Source of the DNA: Spirochaetia bacterium
GTDB lineage: Bacteria > Spirochaetota > Spirochaetia > SZUA-6 > Bin103
Reading direction: 5' to 3'
DNA length: 64,000 nt
Assembly (NCBI GenBank): GCA_965208575.1
Contig: CBDBOV010000002.1
Location: 256,001 to 320,000, forward strand
The first letter of the stretch is position 1. Every line of letters begins with the position of its first letter. Below, in pieces: positions 50,545 to 61,240 of this stretch. Made by a program: the position numbers and the translations under genes. The notes below the pieces were generated by a model, which worked only from the letters and a program-made list of their open reading frames with translations, did not search any database and had not been told where the DNA came from.

Positions 50545-51380
50545 CGGCGGCCCAGGAAGTCGAGCCCGAGATCGGGCCGGCGCGCCGCGGCGGTGATGGC
50601 GCTGGTGGAGATCACCTGGGCCCCGGCGGCGGCGTAGTCGGCGATCGTTTCCAGGGTCACGCCGCCAGACACCTCGACAATCGCCCGCCCCGCCACCGTG
50701 GCGACCGCCTCCCACACCGTCGCCGGGCTCATGTTGTCGAGCAGGATGACGTCGGCGCCCGCCGCCACCGCCTACTGGACCTGAGTCAGGGTGTCGGTCT
50801 CCACCTCGATGCGCGCGACGTGGGGTGCCCGCGCCCGCGCCTGGCGCACCGCGGCGGTAATGCCGCCCGCCACCGCGATGTGGTTGTCCTTGATCAGCAC
50901 GCAGTCGGCCAGCGAGGCGCGGTGGTTGCTCCCGCCGCCGCAGCGCACCGCGTACTTCTCCAGCTCGCGCAGCCCGGGCGTGGTCTTGCGCGTCTCGCAC
51001 ACCACCGCCGCCGTACCGCGCAGCCGTTCCACGTAGCTGCGGGTGGCGGTGGCGATACCCGACAGGTGCTGCAGCAGGTTGAGCGCGGTGCGCTCGGCGG
51101 CCAGGATCGGCTGCGCCTGGCCGGCCACGTACAGCACCCGCTGCCCCGCCTCCACGGCGGCGCCGTCGGCCAGCGCCAGCTCCACGTCGAGGTCGGGATC
51201 GAGGCGCCAGAACACGTGCGCCGCCACCTCACCGCCGCTCACCACCAGCGGCTCGCGCGCCACCACCGCCGCCCGGCACTCGGCCCGTTCGGGTATGACC
51301 GCGGAGCCGGTCACGTCGCCCAGCCCCAGGTCCTCCTCCAGGGCGGCTTCGATGACGCGCCGCGCAGAGAATGGAATCAC
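50541..51380 (-). pseudogene. nadC: Quinolinate phosphoribosyltransferase with an in-frame TAG at 50772-50774
   Basis: AERTALN, TRKTTPG, NHR, IKDNH, IEVE then QVQ*AVAAGADVILLDNM...EVSGG in the same frame. Confidence 0.9.
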
Positions 51381-51396
51381 CTTTCCGCGTTCCTCT

Positions 51397-52200
51397 TCAG
51401 TCGGTGAGCTCGAACATGCGCTCGATGCAGCGCAGCGCCGCCACCCGCACCGTCTCGTCCAGCTCGATGATCTGGTGCGGCTGCGGAGCGACCAGCACGT
51501 CGCGGATTTTCCTGAGGCTGTTCAACTTCATATAGGGGCACAAGCGGCAGGAGCCGATGAACTGCTTGCCCGGATTCTCAACCTCGACTCGGCTCACCAG
51601 CCCGCACTCGGTGAGCAGCATGAAGTAGGTGGCGTCGGTGGCGCGCACGTACTCCATCATCTTGCCGGTGCTGCCCACGAAGTCGCTGGCGGCGGTGACG
51701 TCGGTGGGACACTCGGGGTGGCTCACCACCTTGACCCCGGGGTACCGGGCACGAGCCTGCTCGATTGCCTCCACCGTGAACTGGTCGTGCACCAGGCAGG
51801 TGCCGTCGGAGCTGTGGATCACCTTGTCGCTACCGCGCGCCGCCATCTCGCGGCTGATGTTGGCCGCCATCAGGCGGTCGGGCACGAACAGGATCTCGCG
51901 CTGCGGCAGGCGCTCGATGATCGGGTAGACGTTGCCGGAGGTGACGCACACGTCGCTGGCCGCTTTCACCTCGGCGGAGCTGTTGATGTAGCACACCACC
52001 GCCGCCTCCGGGTGGCGCGCCTTCAACTCGCGCAGCTCGGCGCCGGTGAGGGAGTCGGCCAGGGAGCAGCCGGAGGCGATGTCGGGCACCACCACCAGCG
52101 CGTCGGGGCACAGGATCTTGGCGGTCTCGGCCATGAACACCACGCCCGCGAACACGATCACGTCGGCGGCGGAGTTTCGCGCTTCCAGGCTCAGCGCCGC
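51397..52200 (-). pseudogene. nadA: Quinolinate synthase, 5'-truncated
   Basis: GVVFMAETAKIL, GCSLA, YINSS, CVTSGN, PD, C.VH, HPEC, GST, TE and CPYMK. The N-terminal HxY...GDS segment is absent. Confidence 0.85.
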
Positions 52201-52894
52201 GGCGGTTCCTGACATAGGCGTCCCAATCGCGCTGTACCGCGTGGGCGCGAGCGAGGTGGACCTGGGCCGGTCTGGCGATTCCAGGGGCCAGCGCCCCCGC
52301 GGTGCGGATCACCATTTCCGACGTCCTCCTGCGCCCCTGGCGTGGTATGGTGTCGCCGGATGATGAACTGTCGTGTCTTCGCCATCCGGGCACTCACAAG
52401 CGGCTTCTTAATGGCAGAATCCCCCGCGTCAGTCGACTCAAGCGTGCCACTGGTCGGAATCAACACCGGAGACGAGAGTGAAGTAGTCCACGGTTGCCGC
52501 GCTACTGGCATTGCAATCCGCGGATCCAGGCATTGGCTCGACCACTTCAAGGGGGTATACGTGTCGACCGGGATGGTGCCCGATCTGCCGGAAGTAGCAT
52601 GCGACGAACCGCCTGCCAAAATTGTGGAACGCTCCTTGTGGAACGCTCCATAGGGTGGAGTCCGGTGAGCCGCTACCGCCCTTACCACATCCTGTTTTCG
52701 GTCAGAGTCAACACCGAAGGGATCGGACGCATTGACGTCGGCGGTGCGGGTGGCGGACTGACTTGGCGGGACTTGACCTCAGTGGTGCCACCATAGAGTG
52801 GAGACCCGGCGGAGAGGTAGATGATGACGCCGATCTCACCTGCATCGCCGATTGACGCGGGCTATGGAAACGGAGAGATTGAGTAGGTTCCCTC

Positions 52895-53893
52895 ATGCAA
52901 CTCCTATATCGAATAGTTGTTCAGTTGGAGGAGGCAAAGCGCTTCATCCTCGATGGAGACGATGAACGTCTTCGTCTGGCCTTAATATTGCTTGATAACG
53001 CCGCCGAAGTGATAATGAATCGTTTTATCGATGGCGAGGTTAGTCACGCGCGGACGTACGCTAAATTGCTGAAGATGTTTCCCAAGGGTCCGCTCGATGT
53101 CAAGAGTAAGGCCCTGAAACGAGAATTCGAAGAAAAGATCATCCCGTCGCGCCGCCAAAGGAAGATCGAGCACAACTTCAACGAGAAGCTGATGTATCTG
53201 AGCAACGACTGCCAGTGTATGCCTACTCCGACCGCGTGTGCCCTACGACGTTTGCACAAGTATCGGAACGAGACACAGCATCACGACCTGATCCGAGAGG
53301 GATCAATACGTCCAGCCGTATTGGTACTCTTTGACATCGCCGTGGACCTCCTCGTGAGCCTCCATACAGGAGTGGTCTGGACTTCCAACGAAGACTATGG
53401 ATGGCTACTGAGGTACGGGTTCTCAGATGCCTTCACTCGCTTCCCCTGGCGAGGCACCGACGGAGACGACTTACTATCACGCATCGCCACGGGGCTCCGT
53501 TCTGGCCTCCAATTGGACACCATGGGGATACGGAGAGCTCTTGTTGCGCACTTGACTGACCGGCTCGACGCGATGAACAATGATCTGATGTTCGTGGCGG
53601 ACAATTGGTTCGTCGGGCCCGATCCGGCACGCACACTAAAAGCCATCCAATTCTGTCATCCCCAGGGTCCCGAATGTGAGTGGCAGGAATTCGAACCGAC
53701 CTACGATCTCGATTCGTTCACGGAGTGGCGAGGCGCTATCACGAAGATGAACTCGGCGGACAAGCTCCTGATGTTTGGTGAGTTTGCCACCATCGAAGAT
53801 GGGTTTGAGCCACTTGAGGCGATGATCGGAGACGCAGCATCAGAGATTGATCGACGAATTCAGGAGAAAATTGATTTGATGCGGGGGAAGTGA
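52895..53893 (+). CDS. Hypothetical protein with putative HEPN domain
   Basis: LALILLDNAAE helix and LHKYRNETQH (R-x4-H); lower GC; isolated gene. Confidence 0.55.
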   Translation: MQLLYRIVVQLEEAKRFILDGDDERLRLALILLDNAAEVIMNRFIDGEVSHARTYAKLLKMFPKGPLDVKSKALKREFEEKIIPSRRQRKIEHNFNEKLMYLSNDCQCMPTPTACALRRLHKYRNETQHHDLIREGSIRPAVLVLFDIAVDLLVSLHTGVVWTSNEDYGWLLRYGFSDAFTRFPWRGTDGDDLLSRIATGLRSGLQLDTMGIRRALVAHLTDRLDAMNNDLMFVADNWFVGPDPARTLKAIQFCHPQGPECEWQEFEPTYDLDSFTEWRGAITKMNSADKLLMFGEFATIEDGFEPLEAMIGDAASEIDRRIQEKIDLMRGK

Positions 53894-54267
53894 TCGGTGG
53901 ATTTCCTATAGTGGGGTGCTCTGGGCTTGCTAGGTGACGACGGCGCGTACAGCCTGGTCGGCAGACTGACATCCTGCCGGCCCCCATCAGCATCCCTTCG
54001 GTGGTGTTGCAGCCTGAGACCGACTCACATGAGTCGCTCAACCATCTCCGTGTACGGGCACTGGATGTTGAAATCGGGCGAGCCGCGGCGATTGAGCGGG
54101 AGTACGACCGGAGCGTGGCGTTCGCCGTTGGCTTCCGATAACTGTCGCCCTCGGGATCGCCAACTACCGAGACTCATGCTTGACGCTGCGGCGCCAGTTG
54201 AGGATAATGACGCGGCGAGTGCCGGGGCACCTCGCCGTCGGTGTTACCTACAATCTCTCGTGGAGCA

Positions 54268-54603
54268 ATGTCGGCTATGCACAGCGTGATCAAGGATGTC
54301 ATCGAGAACCGCAGGATGCTGCGGTTCTCCGGTACGGACCGTTACCTCTATCTCGATAAGAGCAACAGCAACTACATGATCCTGGACTGCCAGAGGCCAT
54401 CCGGAAAGAGCGTCGCTGAGTCGGGGGCCTGGAAGGAGGGGCCGGGAGGCGGGGTGGTCTTCTCTGGAGAAGGATTGTTGCAGAAGCACTCCCTCACAGC
54501 AAATACGGATGGGGCACTGACTGTCGACGGGGATCCGGTGATGATCGAGGACCCTCCTTGGGAATGCGTGAAGGAGCTTCGTTATTGGCGTGCTGGGTCT
54601 TAG
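54268..54603 (+). CDS. Small hypothetical protein
   Basis: GGAG RBS before ATG; globular-looking 111-aa sequence; no motif recognised. Confidence 0.45.
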   Translation: MSAMHSVIKDVIENRRMLRFSGTDRYLYLDKSNSNYMILDCQRPSGKSVAESGAWKEGPGGGVVFSGEGLLQKHSLTANTDGALTVDGDPVMIEDPPWECVKELRYWRAGS

Positions 54604-54841
54604 CGGATGTCGAAGTATCGGCGAAGTCGTCCAGCGGCGCGTCGAAGTCCGGGGCGATGTAGGTGAACGTCCCCTTGGCGAAACCGGCCCGACGCGCCCT
54701 GCTCGGCGGCGTGACCGGCCTGAGTTCCGCAATCCGTTTGCCGCGGCAGGTCAGGTAGAAGCTCTTTCCTTCGAGCACCTGATTCAACAACTCCGAAAGC
54801 TTGGTCTTCGCATCCAACGTACCGATCTCTTCAATCTGCAA
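54600..54841 (-). pseudogene. Phd/YefM-family antitoxin with degraded ends and no toxin partner
   Basis: IGTLDAKTKLSELLNQV..GKSFYLTCRGKRIAEL...IAPDFDAPLDDFAD; reads through without the expected stop. Confidence 0.7.
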
Positions 54842-54884
54842 GTCAACTGACTCCCCTGGTGAGCGATGCGGGCTAGGTGGTCAG

Positions 54885-55110
54885 CAGCACGGTGGTGCCA
54901 CGAGATCGCGGATCAGCGCCCATACCTCCAGGCGGCTGCGCGGGTCGATGCCGGTGTTCGGCTCGTCCAGGAGCAGCACGTCGGGGCGCCCCACCAGCGA
55001 GGCGGCCAGGTCGAGGCGCCGCTTCATGCCGCCGGAGTAGGTGCGCACCAGGCGGTCGGCGTCACTTCCCAGCGAGAACCGCCCCAGCACCTCCGCGGCG
55101 CACTCACGGG
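54885..55110 (-). pseudogene. Internal fragment of DrrA-type ABC exporter ATPase
   Basis: [13 protein letters not shown]...[12 protein letters not shown], with no Walker A. Confidence 0.75.
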
Positions 55111-55189
55111 CGGACCAAGATACCCATTCCGACGCGGGCGAGGAGATGAACTCAAAGTGAACGAGTAGTACGATGGAATGCATGAGACT

Positions 55190-55320
55190 CGCTCCACCGC
55201 GTTGCGGGCGGCGCTGACCGCGACGCAGGACTTCCGGGGCATCACCGGCGTCCTCTCTTGCGACCCCTTCGGCGACTGGGGCACGGGGCGCATCAACATC
55301 TGTCACCACCGCGACCGCCG
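55190..55320 (+). pseudogene. C-terminal fragment of branched-chain amino-acid ABC SBP
   Basis: [26 protein letters not shown] resembles the LivK-type C-terminus. Confidence 0.5.
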
Positions 55321-55524
55321 CACCCCGGCGGTGGGGAATCGTAATGACCCTGCCCCTGGGGAATGAGATGACCCTTGACAAGTCGATGCGCAGGTCGTAG
55401 AGCAGGCGCCGGCCCAAGTACTCCGCCGTGCGAGATGAGGGAGACACCAATCACTCTGGTTCATGTCAAATCACTCGTCAACCAAACGCAATCGCGCCGG
55501 TCGCGCCCGCCGGTTGCTACGAAG

Positions 55525-56646
55525 CTACGAATGTGCGGCGAGGTGGGGGGCGATGCGGTCTTCGTTGAGTTCGTAGCCGAGGCCGGGGGCGGTCGGGGGG
55601 ATGATGTGGCCGTCCTGCCAGGCGATCGGCTCGGTGAGGATGTCGCGGTGGAACTCGGAGAAGGTCTCGATGCCCTCCTGGATGAGGAAGTTGGGCGAGC
55701 ACACGTCGACGTGGATCGCCGCGGCGGCGGCGAACGGGCCGCCCCATACGTGCGGGGCGATGTGCGCGTAGTGGGTCTCGGCCATGGTGGCGATCTTCCG
55801 GGTCTCCGAGATGCCGCCGGTGATCGACAGGTCCATCTGGATGATCGAGGCGGCCTGCTTGTGCAGCAGCGGCAGGAACTCCCAGCGGGTCATGAGCCGT
55901 TCGCCGGTGGCCACCGGGATCGAGGTGGCCTGCGCCACGCGCGCCATCTCGTCGACGTTGCCGGGCGCGACGGGCTCCTCGAACCACAGCGGCTCGTAGG
56001 GTTCGAGGCGCCTGGCGAGGCGGATGGCGGCGTGGGTGGTCAACTGGCCGTGGGTGCCGATGAGGATGTCGCAGCGGTCGCCGGCCGCCTCGCGCATCGC
56101 CTTCACCACCGCTTCGACGTAGGAGAGGGTCTCCAGGCGGTGCGGCTCCAGGCCGCCCACCGGGTCCAGCTTGACGGCCGTGAACCCGCGCTCCATGTAG
56201 CGCAGCATGTCGTCCGCCGCCTTCTCGGGGGGATCGCCCATCTTCCAGCCGTACAGGTAGGTGTAGGCGCGCAGCTTGTCGTGGAACAGGCCGCCGAGCA
56301 GGTTGTACACCGGCTCGCCGAGCGCCTTGCCGGCGATGTCCCAGCACGCCATGTCGATGGCGCTCAGCACCGGGGTGGCGATGGGGCCGGGGTGCAGCAC
56401 CGCGTGGCGCCGGAACACGTCCCACCAGATGCGCTCCCGGCGCATCGGATCGGCCCCCTTCAGGATCGACTCGAAGATCTCCTGCGCCACCTGCAGCGCC
56501 GAACGCCGGTGGGTGCCGTGCCAGGTGCACTCGCCGGTGCCCTCGATGCCGTCGTCGGTGATGAGCTTGATGAACAGCCAGTATTTGCCGCCCTTGCCGG
56601 GCGGCGGCACCGGCACGAAGTACCCCTCGAACCGCTCGATCTTCAT
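55525..56646 (-). CDS. Mandelate racemase/muconate lactonizing enzyme family (galactonate dehydratase-like)
   Basis: G.GE, SAIDMACWDIAGK, LLGG, KLD, WFEEP, ATGER, GGISE and APH motifs; ATG at 56646. Confidence 0.9.
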   Translation of the reverse strand: MKIERFEGYFVPVPPPGKGGKYWLFIKLITDDGIEGTGECTWHGTHRRSALQVAQEIFESILKGADPMRRERIWWDVFRRHAVLHPGPIATPVLSAIDMACWDIAGKALGEPVYNLLGGLFHDKLRAYTYLYGWKMGDPPEKAADDMLRYMERGFTAVKLDPVGGLEPHRLETLSYVEAVVKAMREAAGDRCDILIGTHGQLTTHAAIRLARRLEPYEPLWFEEPVAPGNVDEMARVAQATSIPVATGERLMTRWEFLPLLHKQAASIIQMDLSITGGISETRKIATMAETHYAHIAPHVWGGPFAAAAAIHVDVCSPNFLIQEGIETFSEFHRDILTEPIAWQDGHIIPPTAPGLGYELNEDRIAPHLAAHS

Positions 56647-56749
56647 GGCACCTGAAGGTAGTGATGATTGTCCGTCGGCGCAATCAAGCTCGAAAGACGC
56701 GCACTCCGTCGCGCTTGACGGAGCGTTCCGATTAGCGTTACGCTGAGCC

Positions 56750-57031
56750 GTGATAAGGAGCTTCGCGGACAAGACCACCGCGGCGATCTTTCTTGGTCGC
56801 GGCGTGCGAGGCTTGCCGACGCAGATCCAGCCACGGGCGCGCGCAAAGCTCCTGGTGATCGATGCAGCCCGCAGGCTCAGCGATCTGCGCTCGCCACCGG
56901 GCAATCGGCTCGAAGCTCTGCAGCACGACCGTCGCGGCCAACACAGTATCCGCATCAACGAGCGATGGCGCATCTGCTTTGCGTGGCGCGATGACGACGC
57001 GTGGGACGTGGAGATCGTCGACTACCACTAA
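56750..57031 (+). CDS. higB: HigB (RelE-family) toxin
   Basis: MIRSF.DK, PPGNRLEAL..DR.GQHSIRINERWRICF, VEIVDYH. Confidence 0.92.
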   Translation: MIRSFADKTTAAIFLGRGVRGLPTQIQPRARAKLLVIDAARRLSDLRSPPGNRLEALQHDRRGQHSIRINERWRICFAWRDDDAWDVEIVDYH

Positions 57032-57044
57032 CGGGAGGGAAGGC

Positions 57045-57398
57045 ATGGCCATCAAGCGTGAGGAACTGGACCGGCGGGAAGTAGACCTGTCGGACGTGGT
57101 GTCGGAACAGCGGCTCCCCCCGGTGCACCCCGGCCAGATTCTGCGCGACGACTACCTGGTGCCGATGGGGATGAGCGTGTACCGGCTCGCGCAGGAGCTC
57201 AGGATGCCGCGCCCCAGGTTGAATGACGTCGTGCTCGGGCGCCGCGCAGTGACGGTCGATACCGCGCTGCGCCTCGGCTACTACTTGGGAACCACCCCGG
57301 AGTTCTGGATCAATCTTCAGACCCGCTATGACCTCGACGTGGCCGACCGTACCGTCCGGCGCCGGATCGAGCAGGAAATCAAGCCGTACGCCGCATAA
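57045..57398 (+). CDS. higA: HigA antitoxin
   Basis: PVHPGQIL, TALRL...GTTPEFWINLQ..YDL; GGAGG RBS. Confidence 0.92.
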   Translation: MAIKREELDRREVDLSDVVSEQRLPPVHPGQILRDDYLVPMGMSVYRLAQELRMPRPRLNDVVLGRRAVTVDTALRLGYYLGTTPEFWINLQTRYDLDVADRTVRRRIEQEIKPYAA

Positions 57399-57454
57399 CT
57401 CTCCCGCTCCGGGATGGGCCAAGAGCGGCGCCGGTAGGCGGCGGTTTTGGGGCG

Positions 57455-58333
57455 CTATGGGACTGACCCGGCGGCGCCGGCGTCGAGACCGCCGGCACCG
57501 CCCCTGAGCCGGGGGTCGAGCAGGTCGCGGACGGCGTCGCCGAACATGTTGAGACAGTAAACGGTAATGGTCAGGGCGAGACCCGGCCAGAGAGCCAGCC
57601 GCGGCGCTATCTCCATGAACTCGCGTCCTTCCCGGCTGAGCAGGCCTCCCCACTCCGGAATCGTGAATGGCAGGCCGTATCCGAGGAAGCCCAGAGAAGC
57701 GATACTCAGGATCACGCCCCCGATGTTGATGCTGAACCCGATGATTATCACCGGCATGATATTGGGTACGACATGGCGGAAAAATGCCCTCCATTTCGAG
57801 CTGCCGAGCGCCTCTGCCGACTCGAAATACACATTCTCCTTGATGTCGATAACCGCGCCTCGCAACACTCTCGAGCCGCCGATGCCTCCGGCTATCCCCA
57901 GGACCAGGATTATCTGCGGCACACCGCGCCCGACGATCGACATCATCGTCAACAACAGGAGCAGTGCCGGAAACGACATCCAGGCGTCGACAAATCGCTG
58001 CACGCCGAGGTCCAGTTTGCCGCCCAGGAACCCCGACGTGCCACCGATCAGGGTACTGACCACGACACCAAGCGCGGTCGTGGCCAGACCGACCAGCAAC
58101 GAGGTGCGGGCCCCGTGGATGATGCGGCTCAACGAGTCTCGTCCCAACTGGTCGGTACCGAGGAGATACTGGGCCGAGGGACCCTTCATCATGTCACGAA
58201 TGTGTGGCTCATCATATGGATAGGGGGCCAGCACATCGGCAAAGATACCCACCAGAACCAGAATCACTATGACAACCCCGCTGGCAGCACCGAGCGGCTT
58301 TTCGGTCACCAGTCTGACCAGGAAATCAGCCAT
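57455..58333 (-). CDS. Peptide/nickel ABC transporter permease (DppC/OppC-like)
   Basis: LGTDQLGRD...GARTSL, EAA-loop ESAEALG, LGFLGYG..PEWG. Confidence 0.92.
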   Translation of the reverse strand: MADFLVRLVTEKPLGAASGVVIVILVLVGIFADVLAPYPYDEPHIRDMMKGPSAQYLLGTDQLGRDSLSRIIHGARTSLLVGLATTALGVVVSTLIGGTSGFLGGKLDLGVQRFVDAWMSFPALLLLLTMMSIVGRGVPQIILVLGIAGGIGGSRVLRGAVIDIKENVYFESAEALGSSKWRAFFRHVVPNIMPVIIIGFSINIGGVILSIASLGFLGYGLPFTIPEWGGLLSREGREFMEIAPRLALWPGLALTITVYCLNMFGDAVRDLLDPRLRGGAGGLDAGAAGSVP

Positions 58334-59333
58334 AACGGACCCTCGGATCGAGGTAGGGATAGGTCAGGTCGATGATGAGATTACCCCCTACCACGGCGCC
58401 GGCGAACACCAGGTTTACCGCGGACACCACCGGGTAGTCTCTGCCTTCGAGTGAATTCAGAAAGAGACGACCCAACCCCGGCAGGTTGAATATGTTCTCC
58501 ATGATGACGGAGCCGCCTACCAGCAGGGGCAACTGCATGCCCATCAGGGTAACTACCGGGATGAGGGCATTCTTGGTGGCGTGCCTTACAACGACCACCC
58601 GCTCACTGAGGCCCTTCGACCAGGCAGTCCTGATATAGTCTTGCCTGAGCACCCCCAGCATCATGGTGCGCGTCAACCGCATCGTGCCTGCCGCCATGGC
58701 CGTCCCCAGAATCAGGCTGGGAATGATGAGTACCGCGAGATTCCCCAGCGGATCTTCGGTGAAAGGAACCCAGTCCATCGGCGGCGCCCAGCCCCACCAG
58801 ATGGCCGGGTAGATCATGACCATCAGGGCCAGCCAGAAGTTGGGCGTTGCCAGGCCGATGATGGCGATGGTGCGGCCCGCGTAGTCGGCAGCCGTATCCT
58901 GGCGCATCGCCGAGTAGATGCCGACCGGCAGCGCTATCAGGAGCCCGATAACGATTGCCATGGCGCCGAGCTCGATGGTGAGCGGCAATCTACCGAGTAT
59001 CCTCTCCTCTATCGAGAAACCGCCAAACATCCATGATTCGCCAAGCGTGCCTTGCAGAACCCCTCTGAAGTGGGACTCACCGGTAACCGGGTCAGGGGTC
59101 GGCAACACGCCCATCCAGCGTCCGTACTGCACGTGGACCGGCACGTCCAGGCCCAGATAACGCTCAATAGCTTCACGGTCAATCTCGATGGCCGAACCAT
59201 AGGACTGCATCCTGTTCTCCATCGCGTCTATGATGTCGCCGGGGAGGAAGCGGACCGCGAGAAAGACCAGAATCGTCAATATGAACAAGGTGGGGATCGC
59301 CAGCAACAACCGCCTGATGATATAGGCTCTCAA
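58326..59333 (-). CDS. Peptide/nickel ABC transporter permease (DppB/OppB-like)
   Basis: YIIRRLL, PGD, QDYIRTAWSKGL, NALIP, E.IF.LPGLG, RDYP, DPRV. Confidence 0.92.
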   Translation of the reverse strand: MRAYIIRRLLLAIPTLFILTILVFLAVRFLPGDIIDAMENRMQSYGSAIEIDREAIERYLGLDVPVHVQYGRWMGVLPTPDPVTGESHFRGVLQGTLGESWMFGGFSIEERILGRLPLTIELGAMAIVIGLLIALPVGIYSAMRQDTAADYAGRTIAIIGLATPNFWLALMVMIYPAIWWGWAPPMDWVPFTEDPLGNLAVLIIPSLILGTAMAAGTMRLTRTMMLGVLRQDYIRTAWSKGLSERVVVVRHATKNALIPVVTLMGMQLPLLVGGSVIMENIFNLPGLGRLFLNSLEGRDYPVVSAVNLVFAGAVVGGNLIIDLTYPYLDPRVRYG

Positions 59334-59407
59334 GTCGCCGACCTCATTCGGGAGCTGGGAAGTGCGCTCGGACGCGACGACCTCCCAACTCCGTTCTTCT
59401 TCAAACC

Positions 59408-61240
59408 CTAAAAGCCCATCGACTCCTTCAACTCCTGGTCGATCCAGAAGCGGGCGCCAAAGGTGTATTCGAATTGATTACCTCCCAGTATCAATTCTCC
59501 GCTATAGCCTTTGACCCACGGCTGGGTCACGCTCGTCCATGGTATTACATTACCGGCAAATACGGCCCAGTGCCGCTCTATCGCGTACATATTCAACTCT
59601 CGCGCCAACAGGTCTTGCTGTTCTTCCGTGCTTACCTTCTCGGCGGCTGCCAACATGGCGTCAAAAACCGGATCGTTCACATTGGCGGCGTTCCAACCAC
59701 CATCAGTCCCGTACGCGGCCATGGTCCCCCAAGGCGGTTTCGTCCCCGTGGCGGCCATTGTGTTATTGAACATGTCCCAATCTCTCGCTTCCACTCTAGG
59801 CCGCATCTCCGCACCTGGCACTGGTTCAATCTCTACCTCGACGCCAATGTCGCGATAGTATGTAGCGGCTAACAATTCTATGTAGCTCAGGTCTTGCGCA
59901 TCATGCCAAGCCAAGTGGGCCTTGAACCTGATGCCGTCGGCATCGCGCGGATACCCCGCCTCGTCAAGGAGCTCCTCGGCACCTTCCGGGTCATACACAT
60001 AGCTTTTCTTGACCTCTTCTGGCCACTCTTCAAATGGGATGCCAGCCACTGGGACATCGTTGGCAACCAGTCCCTGAGGCCCCCACGTTCCCCACCCCTT
60101 GAAGTAGGTGTCGTGCAGTGTCTCAAGGTCCAGTGCCATCTGCATTGCCTTGCGCACCCGGATGTCATCAAAGGGCGCCCTTTGCGTGTTCATGCCAAAA
60201 CTATTGTTCGTCCTTACCAAGTGCTCCCATACCACGATTTCGGGGTTGGTCCGCTGCAGGCTTTCCACCTTATCGATGCTGTTGAGCGGCGGCGGATAGG
60301 ACAGCGGGGCACCGGAGTAATCGATCTGACCCGTGCGCAGTGCCGCAATCCGTGTTGCCGGTTCTGGCATCACCTTGACCCTGAACTCGTCGACATACGG
60401 CAACCGGTTACCCGGAAACTTTTCGTCATGTCCCCAGTAGTTTGGATTCTTGGTAAGGGTCATCGAGCTGCCCTCGACAAGGTCAGTCAGCATCCAGGGT
60501 CCAGTGCCGACCACGTTCCTCCAATCCTTCATATCCCCGTATTCATCGATGACCTCCCGTGCAACAATAAAGTGCACTACAGGGGAGATGATACTACGTA
60601 GCGCACGGGCGTCTGGCCGCGTCAGCTTGAAGACGACCGTCCACTCGTCGGTTGCCGTTATCGATTCGATCGGCATCGTGTTCCACCCATCCCAATGCAG
60701 GCCGGGGTGGGGTTCGGCTTCCGAGAATTCGCCCATGGCAAGATTGCGGTGAAAGGTATACTCCACGTCATCGGCAGTCATCTCTCGGCCATTCACCGGT
60801 GGCTTATCGTGCCAATGAACGCCCGGGCGGATGTGGATGGTGTAGGTGAGGCCGTCCTCGGAAATTTCCCAGCTCTCCGCCAGCGCCCCTCTTAAGGCAA
60901 ACAAAGGAATAGCATAGCTTGACCAGTCGAATACGTCCCTGTCTATTGCCCAGTCGCCAATGCTCAGCGGCTCCAGAGTACCATGGAGCAGGCTGTGGGT
61001 GGCCCAGGCCGTGGAATAATACGGGTCAGCGGTCGGAGGAAAGCCACCCGACTTGGACATGGTCAATGTCCCGCCATACTCCGGCGCCGTCACCATCTTG
61101 CCGGTGGCCGGGTCGAGCACCATCTCTTTCTCGGCGGCTGCGGCCGGCTCCTCTTCCGCCGCCGCGGCCCAGAGGCCGGTTGCGGTCAGAACGAGGACCA
61201 GCCCAACCGCGAGGGTCCTTGTAATGTGTACGATGTGCAT
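59408..61240 (-). CDS. Family 5 ABC solute-binding protein, copy 1
   Basis: Signal peptide, LAESWE.S.DG, GTGPW, NPNYW, PFDDIRVRKA, LLDEAGY. Confidence 0.92.
   Translation of the reverse strand: MHIVHITRTLAVGLVLVLTATGLWAAAAEEEPAAAAEKEMVLDPATGKMVTAPEYGGTLTMSKSGGFPPTADPYYSTAWATHSLLHGTLEPLSIGDWAIDRDVFDWSSYAIPLFALRGALAESWEISEDGLTYTIHIRPGVHWHDKPPVNGREMTADDVEYTFHRNLAMGEFSEAEPHPGLHWDGWNTMPIESITATDEWTVVFKLTRPDARALRSIISPVVHFIVAREVIDEYGDMKDWRNVVGTGPWMLTDLVEGSSMTLTKNPNYWGHDEKFPGNRLPYVDEFRVKVMPEPATRIAALRTGQIDYSGAPLSYPPPLNSIDKVESLQRTNPEIVVWEHLVRTNNSFGMNTQRAPFDDIRVRKAMQMALDLETLHDTYFKGWGTWGPQGLVANDVPVAGIPFEEWPEEVKKSYVYDPEGAEELLDEAGYPRDADGIRFKAHLAWHDAQDLSYIELLAATYYRDIGVEVEIEPVPGAEMRPRVEARDWDMFNNTMAATGTKPPWGTMAAYGTDGGWNAANVNDPVFDAMLAAAEKVSTEEQQDLLARELNMYAIERHWAVFAGNVIPWTSVTQPWVKGYSGELILGGNQFEYTFGARFWIDQELKESMGF

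Noticed and set aside
52622-52649. 14-bp tandem duplication TTGTGGAACGCTCC
   Set aside because: An isolated slippage event in an uninterpretable intergenic or decayed region.
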